Shown piece by piece: positions 25,529-41,047 of a DNA stretch of 64,000 nucleotides (within the stretch, counting starts at the first letter, position 1; every line of letters starts with the position of its first letter). The stretch comes from the human T2T-CHM13v2.0 reference genome, Homo sapiens. The stretch lies in NCBI RefSeq assembly GCF_009914755.1, contig NC_060926.1. The stretch is one strand, 5' to 3'. The position numbers and the translations under genes are program-made. Under the pieces are notes generated by a model. The model did not search any database. It saw nothing but the letters and a program-made list of their open reading frames with translations, and was not told where the DNA came from.

Positions 25529-28389
25529 TACATGCAGTATTTTGATTAGGAGACCATGATATAGGTTTGTTCTGGAGAGGAGTAGACTCAGATACTCCAA
25601 ATTTTAAGTACTCAGGAAAGTGATTATTGTTGCTCCGTGGTTTTTCTTATGCCAACTAACATTTTTAAAAGTCTAAAGAATTGGCTTGAAATTTAAACTA
25701 TTAGTTTAGTGTATAAAATAAGATTGCCAAAAAGCCTGGAATATTCAAAATCACTAATTTGTGTTATCATCCCTAAGAAAAGATTTATATAGAAAGCAAA
25801 TTGTCATAAAAGCCTTGTATAGTAAATATGCATTCAGGCCATGAAAGAATGGTTGTCAAATGACTGGCTCCCATAGCTTAAGGACCCTAAGGCACTGGGG
25901 GAATCCTCTTTAGAGTTTTTGCAAAAACCATTCACCACTTTCTCCTCCCTGTTTTCCTTTCACTTTTCAATACCACATTCTAGTGACATGTTAATACTAT
26001 GCACTGTTGATGTCTTACTGCTCTCATGCCTTCCCAAGTCTATTGTATAGGAAGGGAAGAGAAGGGACTAAGCTTTGTTGAGCACCTAGAGATCCAGTCT
26101 CTGAGGAATCAAGTCATGTAATACCCACAAAAATCATCCAGTAGGTATATTACTATTTTACACATGAGCATTTAGAAAGATTTAGGGTGTTTCTCGCAAA
26201 CTATCAGTTAATTATTATCTGGGTCTGGCTTTTGCTACTTTCTTATTAGATTCTCAGAGAGCTAATTCACCTCCAACTCTGGGGGTGTTGCCCTGCTGTT
26301 ACCTAACACGAACTGACCACATTAATAACATCACACAATGTAATTTACAAAACTGAAATTTAATAGGTTATATTTAATTGTTAACAATTAAATTATTAGA
26401 AGTGGTAGAATTAGATTTAGATTTTCTGCCTCTAAATCTAGCAGTCTTCTCTGATGACTTCTAAAATGTGATCAAGTGGATATAATACAACAGAAAAACA
26501 TTTTTTCCTTTTCATCATTTCTGACATGTAGCTAGAAACGAACTGGGCTATCCTTTTGACACACTAATGTTTGGCCACTTTCTTGATTTTCCCTGCAAGG
26601 ATTCTGTGTTTTTCTGTGTCCATTGTGTTCTAGAAAAGATGGGGTTGTGGTAACTACTTACAATTTTAGAGAAAGAGAGAAATGAGGAGTGATTTGGATG
26701 ATGTGCTTTTTGTCCTGGTCTAAAACCAATAGGAGAAGAATCATCCTGTAATCTTGTCAGGAAATTTTCTCTTTGGTAGACTGCTTTTATAATATATCAT
26801 GGCTCAGAAAGCCTGGAATTCTACTACTGGCCTATAAAATATAAAGAATTGGGACAACTGTTCTGTTCAATTGAGACCGTCACTGCTATACCTATGGGAA
26901 CTTCCTAATTGATACATGTTCAAAATAGTTTGGAATTGAGAAAAAGAAAACACCAGCTATTTTTGAAATAATGAGACACTTTCTTAGCTATTATACACCA
27001 ACTGAAACCTGTGCCACTGCCTAGAGTATTATAATTCCTGCATGAACAAAATTGGCCCAAATAATTATCCAATGCTTAAGGCAACATAAATAAAAGTTCT
27101 TACACTTCTAGGTTTCCAGTTAGTAAAAGATGTGCAGTGATGGGAGAGAAAGAGAAAAACACATTTGGCAGTGATCAGGTTAAAAAAAATAAATAAATTC
27201 ATGCTCAGCCTTGCCATTTAGCAAAATAGTGAAGTTGTTAAAGTTTCTGAAACTCTTTAACCCCACTCAACAGCTCTCCTTTCAACATACAAATGACTAG
27301 TAGATGCTTTTTCTTGGTCTCTTGTTTTATATATTTTGCATTCAGAGGGTTGTAAACTAAAGGACAGTATTAACCATCGATTAGGGTATTGCCCAGTTAA
27401 GGTGACTGCCACATCAGAAGAATTTGCATATAAATTAATGCTTTTGAAAGCATTAAAGACTTAAATGAGAACTCTACTGGTACATATAGAGTCATTTCTT
27501 TAGATGGAAATTAGGCTGTGCAGAGTGAGGGATGATCTTGTCAACTATATGGAGGTGGTAGCTTGTCACCACATAGGGAGTGGGTAGCTCAATGACAGGC
27601 ATTCAGAACTTTTAACCTTAGGTAAAACTATCATGACTGGATCAGAACTTTCAACCTGGTTTAAAATGGTAACACCTTTTGTTTTATTTCATTGTATTTA
27701 CCACCTTAGAAAGAAAGAACACATTTGTTCTCACTCTTGTTATTTTTTGGCAATTGCCTATTTATGTTTAATGTGGATGAAAAGGGGATTGACTTTCCAC
27801 TCACTGATTATTTGAGTGCCACTTTAATGGGCCACCAGAGTTTTCTGTAAAAGGAAAACATGAACATTATAGTTGGGAGTTTGGTAAGAAGAGAAAGAAT
27901 GAAAGAAGAAAGAAGGGCAGGAACGTAGGAGGATAGAGGAACATGACACTGGGGTCACCAGGTGGGGCCCAGAAAGCAGGCTGCTGGTACCGGTCCAATA
28001 GAAAGGTGTCTATCCTTCTACATGACCAGTTAGTGGACCTGTATAAGGGGTATGTGAAGGACACTTTGAATATTCAGGAGCCCTACAAGAGGGAATTTTC
28101 TGCCAGTTGATTGGGCAGCTTCAATACAAAAGAGAAATTCCCATGTTCAGTAGACAGGGTTGACACCAGTGTATACTCGTCCCAATGCAGATAAGAACTC
28201 TGCCTCATCTGAACCAGCTCCTCACCTGTTATCTACCCCATAGGTGGGATGCTTGGCTGGATCCCATGGCTATTCCTGGGCTCCATCTGACCACAGTTCA
28301 TGTTACATATGAAGATGCTTGTTAATGCACAAGAGGATTGCTCTTCAGGTACCAGGTAGAAGGTGGTATTAATATACCAGGCTAGTCAC

Positions 28390-28638
28390 CTTTCATTTAT
28401 TTAGCAAATATGTTAGGAAACTTTCCATGTGCCAAGCACCCTGATATATTATTGGTGATAGATGAAGCACTGTGTGTTCCTACCTCAAGCACTGTTTAAC
28501 TGGGAGGAATTAATTACAGCTTTTATGTTCAGTGCCAAAATGGAAATTAGGCCAAAGGGCCACGAAAGTTTCTCCCTGGGACACAGCAGAGGGAAGGGGA
28601 TCCATTCTTCTTGGGAAGAGGCAAAAAGGGAAATCATA
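28390..28638 (-). mobile_element. L2 3' part (continues at about 31143-31700 beyond the L1)
   Basis: TTCATTTATTTAGCAAATATGTT...CATGTGCCAAGCACCCTG L2 terminus; purine-rich L2 sequence resumes right after the L1 TSD. Confidence 0.65.
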
Positions 28639-28653
28639 GATTGCAACATATTT

Positions 28654-31126
<2,473 letters not shown>

Positions 31127-31142
31127 GGATCACAACATATTT

Positions 31143-31710
31143 GAACTAGCTCTGGAAGGATAAAATAGAGCATTAGGCAGAAAAGGAGCAAAAGTAATCT
31201 AAGACAGAGCGGGCAGTATTCTCAAATCTTAGTGGCATGAACATGCTTAAGGAATTGGAGAGTCTGGCTGAACACAAGACATGGGAGAAGAGAGCAGAAA
31301 CTGGTGTGGAAAGAGAAGCAGGGGCTAGATTAAGAAACGTCTTTATAATGTATCTTATGGGCATAAAGGAGCTATCAAAGCAGTTTAGGAAGAAAAATGT
31401 CATGATGAGAATTGTGTTTTAGTGATATGAAGCTGGTATTAGTATGCTGGATGACTTAGCAGACAGATTATACCCAGAAAGTATATCAGATGTTTCTCCT
31501 GGGAAAGCCAGGAAAAGGAAAAATAGGTGTGCAGACAGAAAATAAAAGACAAGCCAAGGTCTAGCAAAAGATTAGGGGTGAAGGGTGTCATGGAATCCAG
31601 AAGCAAAGAGGCAAAGGAATGAGGTGACAAGTAAATAAAAATAGGCCATTTGGTATGAAAACTAGAGAGGAGTTGACTTTTTAGAGGTATAATTCCAATG
31701 GAACATTGAG
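31143..31710 (-). mobile_element. L2 fragment
   Basis: GGGCTAGATT...AGGAGCTATCAAAGCAGTTTAGGAAG...CATGATGAGAATTGTGTTTTAG; GGTGTCATGGAATCCAGAAG. Confidence 0.65.
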
Positions 31711-31716
31711 GTGAAA

Positions 31717-32176
31717 TGTGTCTTCGTGTCTTCCAACTCGATATCCACTTTCACCACCCTTCTTTACTTGCCTCAAGCCTCAAAAAGCTGACCTGCATAT
31801 TTCATCAATGTTTTCCCTTATTGTCTGGCTTTTATTGGGTTTTTCCAAAGGGGAATGCCAAGAAGAATAGAAGGAGGAAGGAGACAACAGTCAGGATATC
31901 TGTTTCCCAGCTTCTCCCTGTAAGGTCACTTTGGGTTGGTATGGTCCTGGAATCACCATGCTTCTAAGGTGTCCTGTCTATGTCTTTTTCCTTCTGGGTT
32001 CCAGTAAGTACTTCATTTTCTTATCTTCTTGGGCCTAGTGGTGGCTCTCATGGCTTGTATAATACTTACCCTGGGTTATTGCACCATCTCTTGTAAATAT
32101 TATCTTTGTAAATAATATTTTCTTAAATCATTCTAACTTGAGATGATGCGTTTCTTATTGGCACTCAGGCAAATAG
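31717..32176 (+). mobile_element. LTR33 ERVL solo LTR
   Basis: ATCCACTTTCACCACCCT...GCTGACCTG...GTCTGGCTTTTATTGGGTTT...GGGCCTAGTGGTGG...TGCACCATCTCTTG...CTTTGTAAATA. Confidence 0.75.
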
Positions 32177-34897
32177 GGTGGAGGAAGTGATTTTAGGAGT
32201 TAATTGAATGTAAGAGAGTAGAGACAACACATACAGGCCACTCACGGAAGATATTTAGTTATGTAAAGACGCAGGTTGTAAGTTGAATGGGGACCATAAA
32301 GGAAAGAAAGTATTTCAGATGGAGAGAGATGACTATATTTATATGTTGAGTCAAGGATACTCCTTTTTCTTTAAGTTGGCAGGTTAATTAGAATCAAATC
32401 ATCTATGTAGGAGGCCTCTCATACACCCTAAATTTTGGCAAATTGTCACTTTTAATTCTATTCTTTCTTAATTGCCACATATGGGAGGTAGAAAATGGGA
32501 GTCTCAATGCTTGTTTTGAACTTAGAACCCAGAGAATGAATCTAGCATTACCAGTCCTAATTGCTAAGCAGAATGATAAAAGTCACTTTATAATCACCGT
32601 GAAACCATGAAATGGCAATGAAGAAAGCTGCCACATGATTAAGCGAGGCAGAAACCAGAGTAGAGTTAATCCTAGCCAGAAGATTAGTCACAGAAAGGGA
32701 ATGAACAAGAGAAGGAGGCATCAGTGGGCATGATAAGGGATAATAATTACAACTGTAGATTGAACACCACAGAATTTTGACATCATTTAGTGACATTCAC
32801 ATCTTAGAGGGCTGCTGCAGTGGGCAAGTCATTGTATTTTTTCCCCAAAATTTAGCCTTTTGCTTCAGGTACTTGCCTTCTTTGAGAATGTACTCGATTA
32901 AGAGAGAAGCAATCAAGGCTCTATAACATAATGTCTCAAGGCATTTAGAATACTTTTTCACCCAATGAACAGTGCAAGCAATAAGTGCTGTGAGTTCACA
33001 CAGAGAGAAAGGACCACTGAATAACAGACATGTACAAATGACTTATCTATATATGCAAATCCATTGAACAATCCATTGAGTGTGAGAAGGAGGCAATGTC
33101 CTCATTTTGTATATAAAATTCATTAAAGTCTTATGGTATCCATTGCTTTGAAGACTCCCACAACTTGTATACAGACTCAGAAAACTGTGAACAGCTTTAT
33201 GTTTTTTTTTTTTTTAACCAGCCAACCCCATTAATTACCTAAGAGTGCTACATGCTGAGCACAATATCAGGTACAATATAGCCAGCCTTGAAAGTCCATG
33301 GTGTTTTTTATTTTGCTGATATTTCTAAAATGCTTCAAATAACTGTGATACACAAAGAAATAACCATAGGCTTGAGCTTGGAAGGTGTTAACAGAGTGAT
33401 TTCAAAATAAAAGGTTTTTCTCCATATAAGTGATTTTTACCTCCAATCCTCCCAAAGAAAAAATAAGCATAGAGCATCATAATGTGATAATTATAACACA
33501 TTACTTAGTATTAGTCCTCAATTTTTGATGACATCCCTGAAGCTCAGATATTTATTGGAAAAGTTAGGGCAGAAATTCTGAATAGAAAGAAAGGCAAACT
33601 AAATGTAAATGGTATGAATTGCTGTACAGGCCTGAGGGTATCTAGCATACTCAGGTCTCTTATTTTTTCAAATAAACTGCTCAATCTCTCACCTGCTTAA
33701 CATCAAGAATTTCAGTGTCTAATTCCTTTTCTATTTAATTGTAACAGAATCCTAGGGAGTTTTTCATTCTATAGGAGTTTCTGCACCATTGAAACCAGGT
33801 TGCCACTGTTTCTCACTGCTATAGTGTGACAGCTGATGACTGGTAACTTACAGGCTGATGGTCAGGTCAGCCCACTCTTCTGATGTCGTTACTGCTTGTT
33901 GAGGTTCTGCAGAAACCACAGTAGTTTTTGAAAGAGAAGGATCCCCTAGCCTCCAGGGCAAGTGTCATCATTCCTCAGGTTCCCAGGATCATAGCTCTTA
34001 ATAATCATCCATTTAAATTTATACAGCTAGCCCCAGCCTCAAAGTATTGGATCTGGACTCATGCCTCTGTCTGCACCCTCCAACATCTGGAAAAATCATC
34101 CATTTTTCCTTCTACTGACCACCTCTCCCAGGCTGTGGTACATTTTTTTTTTTAATCCCCACAAATCAATGGATCTTGTTATATTCCTCTCTATGAACAA
34201 TTGGCTAGTGTAGGATTTGCTCAAACAAAACCTACTATTTAAGGGTGGCATCTCTCAATAATTTAAAAAAAATTATACGTAGATTATAATATAAAATGTA
34301 GCATTTCTCTAGCATTAGAAGAGGGGAAAAAAGAAAATAACAAAATCTAAAAAAGACAAACAAAAATGAATTCTTTAGCAGTGCATCCTCTGGCAGGGCA
34401 CCTGATCATATAATATCTTATAATTTCTATAATTGTACTAATTGCTTTAAAATATTGTTTTGTTTAAAAGGTTCCACTTCCCAGGGTACAAAAAATAAAA
34501 TCAGAGTGGTGGATACTTAAGGTGACCCATCTACTGACAGGCATATGTTGGGACTTCATCTTGATGTATGAGGTCACAGCCATGTTCCTCATCATGTTTC
34601 TGATGTGCTCTCTCCTAATAGTGGGTGGGGCATAAAAGAAGTCCATCCCACAGTCCTTGAAGAGTTTGCATTAATGGGAGAGAAGGAAAATTCTATACTT
34701 ATACATATAGAAGAGTTGGATACTAATATAAGATAGCACATAGCATAGTAATAAATTAAATGCAAGCATCTAAGGTATTGAGAGAACTTCTCAGAGGAGT
34801 TCCATTCAACAATACTTATTAATAGTAATAAAAGTGTAACTGACTGACAGACTTTTGCCTTCAAAACCTCTTTAAAGTACAAAGCACTTGGCTACAC

Positions 34898-35288
34898 TGT
34901 GCAGATTGGCTCACTCAATGCCAACTCCAACTCCTCTTTAGTGTATCTCCCTATCTTTTAGAAGCTGGAAAGGCAAAAAAATTTCAGCAGCCTTCTGTGT
35001 ATGACCTAAATTCCAAAAGCAAAGCCACCACCTGAGACAGGGAAAGAGTAATGTGACAATGTGAAGGGGCAGCATGGAGACTGACTCTTTGGATAATGCA
35101 GAATGGCACAGGTGTCATCATAAAGTGGAAGTGACTGTGGGTTTTGTTACAAGAGTCCTGTTTTACTAAAAGCCTTTTCTCTTGCCTCTATCATCTAGCT
35201 TACTAGAAATTCTGAAATGAACCCTTGTCTGCCTAGTATAGCTGCAGGAGACTATGGCATCTGCAACTAAGAAATTCAGAAAGGTATA
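34898..35288 (+). mobile_element. LTR16-family-like ERVL 5' LTR
   Basis: TGTGCAGATTGG...AGAAGCTGGAAAG...AACCCTTGTCTGCC...TGCAACTAAGAA; followed directly by ERVL internal sequence. Confidence 0.55.
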
Positions 35289-37845
35289 ATAGTATCAGAA
35301 TGACTTCAGGTGAGACAGATGAAGGACATGGATGTTGGAGTTGTCTGTCTGACCTACTAGGTTGAAGGTAGGGTAGACTAGTCAGCAGTAGAGATTGGAA
35401 TGCTGGTAATCTGTAGCATCTACTGATGGAAGAATTATTAAATTATTGCCTTTTGTTACTGGGAAAGATGCACCTATTAAAGGTAATGGCTATGCTTAAG
35501 TAGGCCATGTTGATAGGTGTGAAGAATATAATGACAATAGGCCAGGCTGTTGCTTCCAACTGAACCGAAGAGCACAAAGCAAGAAAGTAATGGGGTCATG
35601 TTTTAAAATCCTGATTCAAGTCCTGAAAAAAGAACTGGAGCGTTTCTATGAGTGCCCTCAAAAGAATCTTGTATTCCTTTGGGTTTATGTAACTAAACAT
35701 CAAATCCAGAGACTGATTCTGAGTTGATGAAATAAAATAGAGAGAATTTAGAGTCTTGCCAGGCCCTGACTAAACACATAAGGGTATTGGCTGAAAAAAA
35801 GTTAAGCCTAAAAATTCTTAGGTATTTGAGGTGACTTAGTTGATTTTGAGTATTCTGAACCTCCAAACTTTACTGACTGTCTCAGACAACACTAGCAGCT
35901 ACTCCCCACCACCCATACAGGGCTGATGAGATTCTTCCTGTTTTATTTGAAGACCTTGTAATCAGTGCTTTTGCAAGAGAACAGCTATACTCCCCATATC
36001 CCACCCTACCATCTATATGATCTCAAACATACCTCAGTTTGACTCACAGGACCAAAAAGAGATTCAAGTCCAGGAGGAGAAGCTGTTTGCTAATTTGTAT
36101 TAGCAAATATTTAGGACTTGTTTACTGAAAACTAAATATAACAGTGTCTTATGTTAAGTGAAGTTAAGATATCAGAAATTCCTTAGTTCTGTATAATAAA
36201 TGCAAAGAGCTTAAAAAGGTGGCATGGTCTTATCAAATGCCAGTGGCTCACCTGTACTTAAACATGTACACAAAGATGAGAATGAAAATGTCCACTTCCT
36301 ATGATATTGAGGAGCATCAAATATAGTATTAGTTCTGATTCTCTGATAGAACTTTGACTGATCCAATGGGTCAACAAGTCATCATATGTGCTATTTGAAC
36401 TGCTATCATGAACTTGTAAACCACAGAGCTGCGTGTGCTCAGTAGGACACCAACATCAATAGGAAATAAGATAAACAGGATTGGGCCTAAGCATGTTCAA
36501 AAGGTCTCAACATGTTACATAATCAGATTACTAATACTCCCAATGTGCCCAGTTCTGTGGGTTCACTGTCACTTTTTCTAGCCAAACTGTGACTTCATAA
36601 AGAGTTCCTCTAGTATCAATTGACTGAGGAAAAACAAGTAAGCTTTATTTATAGATGACTCAATCTAATATGTTGACATCAGCCAAAAGTGTATTGTCTC
36701 ACTCAGGGATACTCCTGAATAACAATAGCTATGATAATACATCTATTGGGCAAAATGTAAAAACTAAATATGATGATCACTTTGTTTGAAAAAAGAGATG
36801 ACTGAGGCTTTAGATATACATCAATTCCATGGGTAGGAGTCGATCATGGTTTGGAAAGATGGTTAGAAACTTGGAATTAAAGAAATATCAGAAGATTATT
36901 AACAAGGCAGTTTTGGTGATCGATTCACGAATGAATTTCTTAAAGTTGTCCAGAACGTAAGGGCATTTTGTATTAGTCCATTTTCTGCTGTAAAGATACT
37001 GCTGGAGACTGGGTAATTTATAAACAAAGAAGATTTAATTCACTCACAGTTCTGCATGGCTGGGGAGACCTCAGGAAACTTACAATCATGGTAGAAGGGA
37101 AAACAGGCATGTCTTACTTGGCAGCAGGCTAGAGAGAGCGTGGGAAGGGGGAAAAGCCCCTTATAAAATCATCAGAGTTTGTGAGCACTCACTATCATAA
37201 CAACAGAATGGAAGAAACCACCCCCGTGATCCAATCACCTCCCACCAGGCTCCTCACTTGACACGTGGGGATTATGGGGATTAAAATTCAAGATGAGATT
37301 TGGGTGGGGACACAGAGACAAACCATATCACATTTGTACCCCCAAGTGTCTGCTCCCATGATTATTGTGGCCACATTAATCACATGAAAAAAGTAATCAT
37401 CACTGTTGGTATTATTCAGCCTCTCTTGCCTGACATTCCATATTTGCTCACGGGACTCATGAATAAAGGTGGCTATGATGACAGTGAGGAAAGTTAGGCA
37501 TAGGGTCAAAAACACGGATTTCTTACTAGATTGCTCAGGTAACTGTCACTGCTGAGAACTCCATCTGCCAGCAGTAGAAATTAATGTTACATCACAGCAG
37601 GCTCAAACCCCAGGGCACTAACTGGCAACTCATGGCAGGTCAATTACATGAGATTCGTTTTTGTCCACAGAGAAGAAAGTGATTTATTGTCACTGGAATA
37701 GATATTTATTTTTGTACTCTGCGAGAATATGGATTTGCCTTTCTTGCATTCTCTAAGTTTTGGCCCCGGGGATTTACCAGATGCCTTGTTTACTGTCATA
37801 GTATCCCCCACAACATTGCTTCTGACCAACAAACCATTTTACAAC
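35289..37845 (+). mobile_element. Degenerate, internally deleted ERVL internal region (gag, RNase H and integrase remnants)
   Basis: gag-like 35400-36100; RNase H-proximal TATCAATTGACTGAGGAAAAA (Y-QLTEEK) at about 36614; integrase-like CTCATGAATAAAGGTGGCTATG, CCATCTGCCAGCAG, TGGCAGGTCAATTACAT, ACTGGAATAGAT, ATTGCTTCTGACCAA (IASDQ). Confidence 0.8.
36969..37330 (-). mobile_element. THE1 (THE1D/C-like) MaLR solo LTR inserted in ERVL pol
   Basis: TGTATTAGTCCATTTTC...GAGATTTGGGTGGGGACACAGAGACAAACCATATCA, 362 bp, perfect 5-bp TSD CATTT (36964-36968 / 37331-37335). Confidence 0.94.
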
Positions 37846-37911
37846 CTACCAGGGATATCTGGATTTATTCTTACTGGGACCTGGAGGAAACAGAGATAGA
37901 GATACATGATT

Positions 37912-37956
37912 AAAAAACAAAACAAAAACAAAAACAAAAACAAAAACAAAAAAAAA
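37912..37956 (+). repeat. (AAAAAC)n simple repeat
   Basis: Read directly. Confidence 0.9.
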
Positions 37957-37984
37957 CCCAACAACAACAAGAAAAAGGTTGGGA

Positions 37985-38200
37985 GAGAAGTGCAGTATGG
38001 TGGAAAGTGCTTGAGGCTCAGAGCTCAAGAATGTGAGTTTGTGTCTGATTTCTACATCTTTCTAAGTCTTTGACCACTAATAAATTACATACCCTCTATG
38101 GGTTTGAGTTACCCTCACTGTAAAATGTGTAAATAATAGGTAATTCATAGGATGGTTTCAATAGAAAATGTTAATCACAAAAATTAATTGTTTAAAAAAT
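37985..38200 (+). mobile_element. MIR
   Basis: GCAGTATGGTGGAAAGTGCTTGAGGCTCAGAG...GAGTTACCCTCACTGTAAAATG. Confidence 0.75.
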
Positions 38201-39849
38201 TTAGAGTCTTATATTTACCCACTATACCTGAGGATGCATTTAAATTATTTGAGAGAAAAAGTCTCAGAACCTGGAAGGAAGGGACATCTGGTTACAGGTC
38301 ACTGTTAGGTATTCCCCTAAAGCATCTAAATTCATGTTTGGTTTCCAATGAACATAATCCATAATAACATACACCATAAAGATAGCATATATGTTCTTTT
38401 GGTCCTACCTTGAGGGCCACTTCTTTGATTCTTTCTAGTTTCAGGTGAAATCTCTGGCTATTCTACTGAACAAATCTAAAACTAGAAAGGACTTGCTGGT
38501 GCTTCATGCCCTCTGTGCTTACTTGTTACAGTCACTTCTATTTCTCTACTCCTGAACTACGATGGGATGACAGAGACTTCCCTACAAAAATTTCTAACTA
38601 TTGGAGTTGTATTTAACACGCTCCCTTTGTTCTGGCCTGCCTATACACACCTGGGTTTCTTTAGCATCCTCTTTCAGATGTGGCCCTGGCCTGTATGGTT
38701 AGTCCATATGGGCTCCTGTACAGGATCTCTCAGTATCAGAGCCCCTTTACCCTTTCTGGCTCTCCTCTCCTCTTTCATCATTTTTCTCCAGACTATGGAG
38801 TCGTTTTCTAACCTGAGGACAGGGTGAGCTGACTCCCGTTCTCATCTTCCTTAAACTATTTTTATGGATAAAACTTAGTCCTTCAAATATTAAACTCTTC
38901 AAACTAAAATATATCCAGGTACTTCAAATCCTGTCCTCTTTGTGAGTTTCAAATATCTATGTTGAAATTTTGAAAGTGAAGAATTATTTTGTTCTCTCTG
39001 CTTTATTTTCTCTCTTTGCTGGGATATTACTTGGAAAACTCTGGCAAAATAAATGGGAAATAGGTAAAATAAGAAAAAATGGAGAGAGAAGACACACACA
39101 TTTATAAAACCATATTATACCCCACTATAAGTAGATAGAAGTCAAAACATCGATATACAAATAAACACTCATATATACCAGGTATGTATTTGTGATGAGG
39201 TAACTAGACATAGACTTTTCAAGAGACCTAAATTTAAATGTTTTGAACAGTTTCTGTAGATAAAGAAAGCAAGTTACTTTGAAATATACCTTTTTGTTTT
39301 GTTTTGGAATAGCCAACAGAATCACTATGTAGTCACTCAAATATATGACACATATTTTATTCATTGTTCATGGTGAAGACTCTACATGGTGGAATGATGC
39401 CAAATATGAATCCTTCAGTCTAGAATGTTAACTATTCTTTTTATAAATATAAAGGACTCCTCAGTGATGAAAGCTGCACTCCTTTGTGTGAGGAGGCTGT
39501 TTGATTCTCTATGTGGGTGTTAGAGAGCAGGGCTTTCATTTCTCCTATGGAGGCAGTTTGAAAGCAAAGCAGAGGCCTCAGATATGAAGGTGAGGGCCTG
39601 TGTGCTCTGCTATTAACTGCGGAGAAAACTTGCAGTTAATCCAGGCAGAGAGATAACACTTCGTATTAGACAGGTCATGGGAAGATGAACAATGTGCAAA
39701 AGGCTCTGAGAAAATAGCACCTTAGGGTAGAGTCAACAGATGAAGGTGACAAAAGACTGGCAGAATGATTGTACCATGTAAAAATACCTTTGGTGAGTCT
39801 CAGGAATAACGGGAAAACCATGTTTGATGGAGGGCTCAAGTCCATCAAA

Positions 39850-39946
39850 CTCAACAATTTGTTCAAGACTTTCCTGGTTTGAGGACTGAGAGCCCTGCAT
39901 ATCAGGGAAACTTAGTTCTAAAAACAGAGGGATGGTTGGTCCTTGT
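39850..39946. mobile_element. MER94-like hAT-Blackjack fragment
   Basis: GACTTTCCTGGTTTGAGGACTGAGAGCCCTGCATATCAGGGAAAC...GGGATGGTTGGTC. Confidence 0.55.
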
Positions 39947-40185
39947 ACCTTCTGCAGATGTTGTGACTTACTTATTCTGGGCTAGGAAAACAAGAACTGA
40001 GGATTACTGATATATGCAGATACAGCTAGATGAGTGGTGTTGGGGCTGGATTGTGGAGGCCCTTGAATTTCAGGCAAAGGAGTCTGTGCATTGTTTGAGA
40101 GGATTCAGTGCTATTAAAGAGCACTAGGTTATTGAATGGCCAACTCAGGAATGGTAGATTAGAGGGAAGTAGGAAGAGAGGCCGT

Positions 40186-40270
40186 TTGATCATTACACAT
40201 TCTATGCATGTAAAAATAATGACATATACCCCATAAATGTGTACATATATTATATATCAATAAAAAAAAA
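40186..40270 (+). mobile_element. Very short L1 3' terminus (L1PB4/L1MA-type) with poly-A
   Basis: TTGATCATTACACATTCTATGCATGTA...ACCCCATAAATGTGTAC...TCAATAAAAAAAAA; flanks AGGCCGTT / AGGCAGTT. Confidence 0.85.
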
Positions 40271-41011
40271 GAATCAGGCAGTTAAAGTGGGCTTAGATAA
40301 GAGTGGTTGTGGGAATGTGAATGTCTTCCAAAGGGATGAGTTTCACTGATCACCTTGTATAAAGAGTAGAACAAACAGTATAGATTATCTTTTCCCCTTT
40401 TTGTTTACAAAATGAAAAAGACCTGGGTCAGGTAATCATTATTATATAATGTTCTCTAACTTCAGGTTATGTGACAGGTAGACCATCTTAGAGACATAGA
40501 GGAAGGCTTCTATGACCTTTCATGGCCTGGCCTTGCATTGTATGCCATAAAAGTGTACAAAAATCACATTCCCTATTATGAATTTCCTTTGCCCTTGGAA
40601 GGCAAAGATTTGCTTTGTATGTGCACATTTGTGGTTGACTGGTAAAAATATTTGCAGGAGGGTCACTAGGCTGTGTAGAGCATAAGGGAACAGGATATTT
40701 GGAATATATTTTAGAGCCAGAAAATATACTCATAGATTCAGAAATACACAGCACAGTGTTCTCCACTCACACACAAGTATATACACTCACACGTTCTTAC
40801 ACATCGTCATCCACACACACATGCACATGCTTAGACACACATACCTCTACATTTCTTTTTTAATATCAGGCCTGCTATAAGCAAAAAAAGATTTGAAAGG
40901 AAAATGGATCAAGGAAAAAAAAATCACCTTCATTTTGTTGAATTTTTAAGAAACTTTTTTTTGAGAAGGATATTGGTTTATCATCAGATAAATAGTTTCA
41001 TCTCTCATGAA

Positions 41012-41047
41012 ATCCTATAGACCCTGAGGATCCTATAGATCCTGAGG
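41012..41047. repeat. 18-bp tandem duplication (2 copies)
   Basis: ATCCTATAGACCCTGAGG ATCCTATAGATCCTGAGG. Confidence 0.9.
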
